Of a DNA stretch of 32,000 nucleotides, positions 26,058-32,000 are shown in pieces; within the stretch, counting starts at the first letter, position 1, and every line of letters starts with the position of its first letter. The notes beneath the pieces were generated by a model. It searched no databases, was not told where the DNA came from, and was given only the letters and a program-made list of their open reading frames with translations. Position numbers and translations under genes: made by a program. The DNA lies in contig NC_010546.1 in the NCBI RefSeq assembly GCF_000017845.1, forward strand, positions 1,650,001-1,682,000, read 5' to 3'. Source of the DNA: Crocosphaera subtropica ATCC 51142 (GTDB lineage: Bacteria; Cyanobacteriota; Cyanobacteriia; Cyanobacteriales; Microcystaceae).

Positions 26058-27116
26058 ATGATTAGGAGAAAAATGCGGGCAGTCATTAGTGGTTATTACG
26101 GCAAGGGAAATGGTGGAGATGAAGCTTTATTAATGTCGTTATTACAAATGTTACCCTCTGAGATTGAACCCATTATCCTCTCAGCGAACCCCCGTAAAAC
26201 CTACGAACAATATGGAGTGAAAACCTGTCCCAATCGCTCTGCATTTCCTATTTTGGAAACCCTAACAAACGCTGATCTTTTTATCTGGGGTGGGGGAAGT
26301 TTAATGCAAGATGTGACCAGTTTACGGAGTCCGATTTATTATGCAGGATTGATGGCATTAGCTCAGCAAAAAGGGTTAAAAACTATTGCTTGGGCCCAAG
26401 GTATTGGCCCTTTAAATAATCCCTTTACTCGTTGGTTGACTCGTCAAGTTTTATTAGGTTGCACTGCAGTTAGTGTTAGAGATTATAAGTCCGCAGAATT
26501 GGTATCAAAATGGCATATTAATCCCCTCATTGCCCCTGATCCCGTTTGGGCTTTAACGGCTAAATTTGTGCCAGGTTTAGCAGATTTACCAGCCCCTAGA
26601 GTGGCTGTAAATTTACGGAGTCATCCCCTATTAACCCCTCAACGTTTAAAGATATTAACTCAAGCTTTAATTGATTTCCAAAAAGCTACTAATACCTGTC
26701 TTTTATTGGTTCCGTTTCAAGCTTCTCAAGATTTAGAAATTGCTCGTTCTATTGCTAAAAAATTACCAGGATCTTACAAAATTATTCAGTTAGAAAATCC
26801 CAGAGAATTAAAAGGGGTATTTAAAGGGGTAGAAATGACCATCGGAATGCGTTTACATAGCTTGATCATGGCTGCTTCTGAAGAGTGTAAATGTTTTGCC
26901 CTCAGTTATGATCCTAAAGTCAACTATTTAATGGAAGAAATAGAAATTCCTGGATGGGACTTAGGTAAACTGCCTAGTGATCCTAATGTGATTAGTACCG
27001 CTTGGTTAGAATATTTTGTGAATGGAGAACCTTTACTTAAAGATCGGATTCAATCTTTAACTGATCGCGCTTTTATGCACCAAGAAATCTTACAAAAATT
27101 AATACTTAACCAATAA
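26058..27116 (+). CDS. csaB: polysaccharide pyruvyl transferase CsaB
   Basis: 352 aa. ISGYYGKGNGGDEALL and GGGSLMQD motifs. The real start may be Met at 26073. Confidence 0.7.
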   Translation: MIRRKMRAVISGYYGKGNGGDEALLMSLLQMLPSEIEPIILSANPRKTYEQYGVKTCPNRSAFPILETLTNADLFIWGGGSLMQDVTSLRSPIYYAGLMALAQQKGLKTIAWAQGIGPLNNPFTRWLTRQVLLGCTAVSVRDYKSAELVSKWHINPLIAPDPVWALTAKFVPGLADLPAPRVAVNLRSHPLLTPQRLKILTQALIDFQKATNTCLLLVPFQASQDLEIARSIAKKLPGSYKIIQLENPRELKGVFKGVEMTIGMRLHSLIMAASEECKCFALSYDPKVNYLMEEIEIPGWDLGKLPSDPNVISTAWLEYFVNGEPLLKDRIQSLTDRAFMHQEILQKLILNQ

Positions 27117-27185
27117 AAACCCTTGATGATAACACCAAGGGGGAAGGTAGGAGAAATCCAATGCAATGGAAACTTTTTCGGTGAT

Positions 27186-27383
27186 TTAAGCCAGTAAACC
27201 TAACTTTTTACCATTATCTCTGGCGGTTCTAATCATGTTTTGTCTGGCGGTTCTATCAATACCAAGGTTTTCACAAAAGTTAGTAATGACTTGGGAATGT
27301 AATTTAATGGCTTCACCCCGTAGCTTATTAAATTTCACTTTCCCTAGGCGATCGCGTAATAAAATAACGATAGGCGCAAACAT
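27186..27383 (-). CDS. pgr5: PGR5-like protein (Ssr2016 homologue)
   Basis: 65 aa. MFAPIV...KFNKLRGEAIKLHSQVITNFCE...RQNMIRTARDNGKKLGLLA parallels plant PGR5 (FNKLRGKAIALHSQVI...GFLA). AAGGAGG Shine-Dalgarno lies 6 nt upstream. Confidence 0.8.
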   Translation of the reverse strand: MFAPIVILLRDRLGKVKFNKLRGEAIKLHSQVITNFCENLGIDRTARQNMIRTARDNGKKLGLLA

Positions 27384-27439
27384 AATAAACCTCCTTACTT
27401 ATTAAGTCTTAAAAATAAAAGTTTTGGTGCTAAAAAATA

Positions 27440-27610
27440 CTAGCTAATCAGAACCGTAATAATCCCTAAACCCATAACCAGCAATGTTGCCAAGACACCC
27501 TGTACTAAATAACCCCGTTGCTGCTGTTGTGTCGGATAAGCAGCGTAATAGATATCAGGTTCATTTGCAAAGTTATTGAGAATGCCGTTTTCGTCACTGG
27601 TGGTAAACAT
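27440..27610 (-). CDS. small single-TM protein, Psb34 (Ssl1498)-like; not in the supplied ORF track
   Basis: My own translation gives MFTTSDENGILNNFANEPDIYYAAYPTQQQQRGYLVQGVLATLLVMGLGIITVLIS (56 aa). GAGGAA Shine-Dalgarno lies about 7 nt upstream. The GxLNNFAxEP motif plus C-terminal TM resemble the ssl1498 family as I recall it. Confidence 0.5.
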   Translation of the reverse strand: MFTTSDENGILNNFANEPDIYYAAYPTQQQQRGYLVQGVLATLLVMGLGIITVLIS

Positions 27611-27988
27611 GGTTTGTTCCTCGTCTGTCCTTATGTAAATAAATGTAACAGAATTTGTAAAATTTTGTAAAGTGATATTGACAAAATATTTTTAATGTCA
27701 ATGATAAGTAGAAGTTATATAATGAAGATTGACCGAGGCAGCGAGGCAGCAAGCAGGAGGAATATTCGTCTCAAAATAAAATGCTATTGCCTCGTGATTT
27801 TCAATTAATACTAAATACTGACTTTTATACTCAATCCAAGTTAAATATGAACTTAGATACAATTTTTCTAATTATTCATAAATTCTTAAGGATATCAGTT
27901 TCCAAACAATGATTAATTTTTATAGGATTTTTCGTTAAACCCGTGAAAAAAAGTTTATACTAAGGGTTAATTACTCCAACTTTTCCTC

Positions 27989-28357
27989 ATGAGTCGTTAT
28001 CACACCATTCGTATTTATCATCGTCAAGTTAATCAAGAATATACTCTAAAAGTTCCTGAAGATCGCTATATTCTCCATAGTGCAGAAGATCAAGGTTATG
28101 AACTTCCTTTTTCTTGTCGGAATGGAGCGTGTACCACTTGCGCTGTGCGTATTTTATCAGGGGAAGTTGACCAACCTGAAGCAGTAGGACTCTCTCCTGA
28201 ACTCAGAAAAAAAGGTTATGCTTTACTATGTGTTAGTTATGCTAAATCAGACCTAGAAGTAGAAACTCAAGACGAAGATGAGGTTTATGAATTACAATTT
28301 GGACGCTATTTTGGTAAAGGGAAAGTTAAATTAGGATTCCCCTTAGACGATGATTAG
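27989..28357 (+). CDS. plant-type [2Fe-2S] ferredoxin with C-terminal extension (FdC2/Fed2-like)
   Basis: 122 aa. Cluster ligands in FSCRNGACTTCAVRILSGEVDQ...LLCVSY. The extension ELQFGRYFGKGKV resembles FdC2-type ferredoxins. Confidence 0.8.
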   Translation: MSRYHTIRIYHRQVNQEYTLKVPEDRYILHSAEDQGYELPFSCRNGACTTCAVRILSGEVDQPEAVGLSPELRKKGYALLCVSYAKSDLEVETQDEDEVYELQFGRYFGKGKVKLGFPLDDD

Positions 28358-28491
28358 ACTTTAAATATTGATGGCTCTTCTGGGTTGATTATGAGAAGTT
28401 ACTAACAAAAAAGCCAATTCAGGAGGACTCTACACCTAAAGTTGTTGAACTTATAGCGTTTCTTGGACTCATGAGGTACACCTAATATTTA

Positions 28492-28533
<42 letters not shown>

Positions 28534-28817
28534 AAACTAGAAAATGGTGTACCTTACAAGTATGAGAACTGCTATATTTAACCCATCAACTCTCTTCTGA
28601 CTTCGTTATAAAATGATAATGAATTGCTTTAAATCCCTTAAAATTTGATGACTATAATTATTAAATGAAGTAAGGAGTTAGATGGAATTGTATTAAAAAC
28701 TTAATATTGAAATACCACTAAGCTTGAATAAGTTTTAGCTTAATGGGTTTGCTATGATAGACAAAGATCCTTTTTTAGTAAAAAGGCTTCATGGCTACTG
28801 ACTTAAAGTAATCTTAT

Positions 28818-30269
28818 ATGTCTAAAGCGAATAATGATAAGTCTTGGCACTTTCAAGAATTAGATGATGCCTTAGTTAGTTTTGATGAAATTCAAGAACA
28901 ATTAAACTATCAAAAAGCCCAAGATAGTTTGAGAAACCTAGTTAACCATTTAGATTTAACCCATCAAGAACAAATAGGATTAGAAAGTGAATTAAATAAC
29001 CTAACAGAAATGCTAGAAAAATTAGAGCATTCTGTGGTACAAATAGCTGCTTTTGGGATGGTAGGCAGGGGAAAATCTTCAGTTTTGAATGCTTTATTAG
29101 GGGAAGAAATATTTAAAACAGGTCCTTTGCATGGAGTGACTCAAGGAATAGATACAGCGGATTGGACCTTAAAACAAGACGATAATATAAAAGGTTTACA
29201 AACAGTAGCCTTATCTGGGTGGGGACAATCTCAAATTCAGTTAATTGATACCCCTGGCATTGATGAAGTAGATGGGGAAACACGGGAAATTTTAGCCCAT
29301 CAAATGGCTAAACAGGTAGATTTAATTCTTTTTGTCATTTCAGGAGATATGACTAAAGTTGAATTTGAAGCTTTATCCCAGTTGAGAGAAGCCGGTAAAC
29401 CTATTATCTTAGCCTTTAATAAAATTGATCACTATCCAGAAACCGATCGCTTAGCCATTTACCAAAAAATACGAGACGATCGCGTTAAACAGTTACTTTC
29501 CCCTGATGAAATTGTCATGATTGCTGCTTCTCCATTGGTAACAGAAATTAGTCAAGATAGTCAAGGAAATTTAAAACAACAAAGAAGAAGAGGAACGCCT
29601 CAAATTGAGGCATTGAAGTTAAAAATTTTAGAAATTTTGCATCGGGAAGGTAAATCCTTAGTAGCTCTTAATACCATGTTATACGCCGATGAAGTCAATG
29701 AGCAGATTGTCGCCCGTAAATTAGAAATTCGAGAAAAAGCAGCCAATGAATTAATACATAAAGCAGTCATGACCAAAGCCATGGCCATTGCTTTAAATCC
29801 CGTGACAGTGGTTGATTTATTAACTGGGGCTGTGGTAGATGTGGCTATGATTGTAGCTTTATCTCGTCTCTATGGTATTCCCATGACCCAACAAGGGGCG
29901 ATCGCTCTTTTACAAAAAATTGGGGTAAGTATGGGAGGCATTAGTGCCAGTGAATTTCTTGCCTCCTTGGGGTTAAGTTCCCTAAAAGGAATGTTAGGGT
30001 TAGTAATTCCTACAACTGTCGGGTTTTCTCTGCTTCCCTATGTCTCTATTGCCATTACTCAAGGTAGTGTGGCCGGGGTGTCTTGTTATGCCATTGGACA
30101 AGTGACCAAACGTTATTTAGCCAATGGGGCTGCCTGGGGACCAGAAGGACCAAAAACGGTAGTTAAACGTATTTTACTATCTTTAGACAAGACTTCTATC
30201 TTAAATCGTATTAAGTGGGAATTGGGGGCTAAGTTAAAAAGAGATAAGGATTTTAACGTTATGGGATAA
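28818..30269 (+). CDS. GTP-binding protein with C-terminal DUF697 membrane domain
   Basis: 483 aa. G1 GMVGRGKSS, G3 DTPGIDE, G4 NKID, and a hydrophobic glycine-rich C-terminal third. Confidence 0.7.
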   Translation: MSKANNDKSWHFQELDDALVSFDEIQEQLNYQKAQDSLRNLVNHLDLTHQEQIGLESELNNLTEMLEKLEHSVVQIAAFGMVGRGKSSVLNALLGEEIFKTGPLHGVTQGIDTADWTLKQDDNIKGLQTVALSGWGQSQIQLIDTPGIDEVDGETREILAHQMAKQVDLILFVISGDMTKVEFEALSQLREAGKPIILAFNKIDHYPETDRLAIYQKIRDDRVKQLLSPDEIVMIAASPLVTEISQDSQGNLKQQRRRGTPQIEALKLKILEILHREGKSLVALNTMLYADEVNEQIVARKLEIREKAANELIHKAVMTKAMAIALNPVTVVDLLTGAVVDVAMIVALSRLYGIPMTQQGAIALLQKIGVSMGGISASEFLASLGLSSLKGMLGLVIPTTVGFSLLPYVSIAITQGSVAGVSCYAIGQVTKRYLANGAAWGPEGPKTVVKRILLSLDKTSILNRIKWELGAKLKRDKDFNVMG

Positions 30270-30580
30270 GAGATATATCAATCCTATTTTTGCAAAGTTA
30301 ATGAGCGAATTGTGAAATGCTTCTAGAAGAGAAAAACCTTTACAATATTAGATAGACTGACATGTTCCACCAGAAGAAATAAATTTAATAATCAATTGCG
30401 TACAGTTGGTTTAAATCAGTAATTTTTACCATAATTATCTAACCAGCAAATTTGTTTTATACTTTCTATCTTAACATCATCAATATTTTTGAAGTTAATA
30501 GTATTAAGCCTCTACAGTAATATTAAATCCCTAAAATAACTGAACATTGGTAAAGTTAACTAATTTTGTCTAATGTTAAC

Positions 30581-30600
30581 TTTGACATATTGTCTTTTGA
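30581..30600 (+). promoter_or_regulatory. copy 1 of a shared 20-nt promoter/operator-like motif (TTTGACA-NN-TTGTCTTTTGA)
   Basis: tttgacatattgtcttttga, 63 nt upstream of the small ORF at 30664. Contains a TTGACA -35-like hexamer. Confidence 0.35.
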
Positions 30601-30663
30601 CAAACCTTAAAATCTTTGTCATATTGCTTATTCGATAATAGTTTTAATAATTCAGTCAAACCT

Positions 30664-30792
30664 ATGAAATTTGGTGTGAAGAGAGGATACTGCTGGTTGA
30701 TTACAGCAGTCAGTTTAATCTGTCTAGATACTTTGTTGTCTTCGGTTAAAGCAGAGATAAGTCAGGGACAACTTAAAGCTGTTAAATCTTAA
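30664..30792 (+). CDS. possible 42-aa secreted peptide
   Basis: MKFGVKRGYCWLITAVSLICLDTLLSSVKAEISQGQLKAVKS has a signal-peptide-like N-terminus and is preceded by the same motif as the PEP-CTERM gene. No homology evidence. Confidence 0.25.
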   Translation: MKFGVKRGYCWLITAVSLICLDTLLSSVKAEISQGQLKAVKS

Positions 30793-30830
30793 ATAAAGAT
30801 AAAACAATTTTGAGACAAAATTGAGACAAG

Positions 30831-30850
30831 TTTGACAAGTTGTCTTTTGA
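30831..30850 (+). promoter_or_regulatory. copy 2 of the shared 20-nt promoter/operator-like motif
   Basis: tttgacaagttgtcttttga (18/20 identical to copy 1), 54 nt upstream of the PEP-CTERM gene start. Preceded by ttgagacaa x2. Confidence 0.35.
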
Positions 30851-30904
30851 TTTCTTAGAACGCTTGTGTTAGCTTAAAGTCGAAATTTTCTTAATTGTAA
30901 TTCC

Positions 30905-31648
30905 ATGAAACATCAAAACATTCACTTTTCATTTTTGACTAGGACTGTCAGTTATCTCAGTTTAACTTTTGCAACAACTTTGGCATTAGTAACAGGAATA
31001 AACACAGAAGTTAAAGCTGCTAAAATAGAATTTGATGCTGATACTTATGCTTATTCTAACCCTAATACTTGTACCCCACAACTCGCACCTGATAATAAGT
31101 GTTTTGTTGAAGACGGGTTTAATGTAGAAGCATTTTCAGGTCGAGAGACTGGAAGTGATCCAGGACATTTTCACGAGGGAGGACATTTTCATGCGAGTAA
31201 TTCCTACGAAGCCCAACATTTTAGTAGTGTTGATCGACTGTTAGGCGTTTATTTAACTTTAGTTGGTGGAGGGATTTTTTCCTTAGAAAGTTTAGACTAT
31301 CAATTGAGAGATAATACTCGTGCTATTTCTGGTTATTCAACCGATAACACCAAAATTTTAATTAGCACTACTTTTGATCCGACTCAACCCGTTTTAGGAC
31401 AGTTTACGGAGTTTTCTCTTGGTAATGAATTGGATTTACCATTTCAAACCTTATACTTAACAGAGTTCGATAATATTACTCAAGTTTATATTGCCAGTTC
31501 AGGAGACGTAAACTTTGATAATATTACCACCACTGAGATTCCTGAAGAGAACAACCCTAATTCTGTTCCTGAACCGGGTACTTTAGTGGGATTATTAACC
31601 CTGGGAACTATGGGTGTTTGTTTCAGACGAAAAGAAAGTCAAAGATAG
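30905..31648 (+). CDS. PEP-CTERM sorting-domain protein
   Basis: 247 aa. N-terminal signal peptide and C-terminal VPEPGTLVGLLTLGTMGVCFRRKESQR (PEP motif, TM, basic tail). Confidence 0.85.
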   Translation: MKHQNIHFSFLTRTVSYLSLTFATTLALVTGINTEVKAAKIEFDADTYAYSNPNTCTPQLAPDNKCFVEDGFNVEAFSGRETGSDPGHFHEGGHFHASNSYEAQHFSSVDRLLGVYLTLVGGGIFSLESLDYQLRDNTRAISGYSTDNTKILISTTFDPTQPVLGQFTEFSLGNELDLPFQTLYLTEFDNITQVYIASSGDVNFDNITTTEIPEENNPNSVPEPGTLVGLLTLGTMGVCFRRKESQR

Positions 31649-31704
31649 AGAATTCATTACTACCTTTGACTTGAATAACAGTAATATAATGACAGTTTAA
31701 CAGC

Positions 31705-31737
31705 AATAGGGGTCAACGAATAATGTTGACTCTTATT
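31705..31737 (+). terminator. imperfect hairpin after the PEP-CTERM gene
   Basis: aataggggtcaac / gttgactcttatt, 7-nt loop, followed by gttctttc. Confidence 0.35.
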
Positions 31738-31794
31738 GTTCTTTCAGATAGAGTCAATGTTATTAATCATTTTGAGAAATAAATTAGCTATTAC

Positions 31795-32000
31795 TTAACT
31801 GGTTTCTTCAAGTTCTTCAGAATAATTAAAAGGGTGTTTAAGAACAATTAAAATATCTCAATCAGAATCAATCTGTGCCTCTCCTCTTGCTTGAGAACCA
31901 TAGAGAATAATATAAGATAATTGGTCTTGGTAAATTTTTTTGACTTCTCTAGATCATTCTTCTAGGATAGTTTCAATTTGTGAGTTTAGTAAGGTAACCA
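31795..32000 (-). pseudogene. MNT-type nucleotidyltransferase remnant with two in-frame TGA codons (5' end outside window)
   Basis: My translation of the minus strand gives VTLLNSQIETILEE*SREVKKIYQDQLSYIILYGSQARGEAQIDSD*DILIVLKHPFNYSEELEETS*. GSxARGx5-6SDxDhhh is the minimal nucleotidyltransferase motif. The stops lie at 31954-31956 and 31858-31860, and the C-terminus is shorter than usual. Confidence 0.45.

Noticed and set aside
29600-29788. 62-aa ORF antisense to the GTPase gene
   Set aside because: Shadow ORF with no independent support.
31858-31956. TGA read as Trp (genetic-code recoding) in the nucleotidyltransferase frame
   Set aside because: Every other gene in the window uses TGA, TAA or TAG as ordinary stops, and cyanobacteria are not known to reassign TGA. 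A pseudogene with TGG-to-TGA transitions is the simpler explanation.

Overview
AT-rich cyanobacterial chromosome segment. The HIP1 octamer GCGATCGC occurs 18 times by my manual count. The window encodes orange carotenoid protein plus FRP, a PGR5-like protein, a one-piece tmRNA with a cyanobacterial-type tag (ANNIVSFKRVAVAA), a COP23-domain protein and a PEP-CTERM protein. This fits a unicellular Cyanothece/Crocosphaera-like genome, which is an unverified inference. About 30 credible protein genes are present, mostly housekeeping or accessory metabolism: cobK, cobS and hemB (tetrapyrrole), class I RNR beta subunit, aldo/keto reductase, GH13_18-type sugar phosphorylase, AEC transporter, nitroreductase, S1-domain ribosomal protein homologue, stand-alone fatty acyl-AMP ligase, YdeP/FdhF-like molybdopterin oxidoreductase, DUF421, CsaB, FdC2-like ferredoxin and a DUF697 GTPase. 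I found no transposase, integrase, CRISPR array, rRNA or tRNA, and no complete, clear-cut novel operon such as a defence system. The most unusual architecture is the ocp-frp photoprotection cassette (12087-13480). It is bracketed by two directly oriented CbbX/SpoVK-type AAA+ paralogues (10688-11884 and 14144-15208) that share a 59-nt perfectly identical tract. A 660-bp AT-rich repeat-bearing spacer lies next to it, and a His-rich membrane protein built from six 30-nt tandem repeats follows. Other points of interest: an unannotated 56-aa Psb34-like ORF in a pgr5 / FdC2-like ferredoxin cluster; a decayed ATPase fragment truncated exactly at a 25-nt dispersed repeat; a nucleotidyltransferase remnant with two in-frame TGA codons; STRR-like heptamer repeats and MITE-like repeats; and a duplicated 20-nt promoter-like motif ahead of a PEP-CTERM gene. 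All family assignments come from motif recognition by eye, with no database search.
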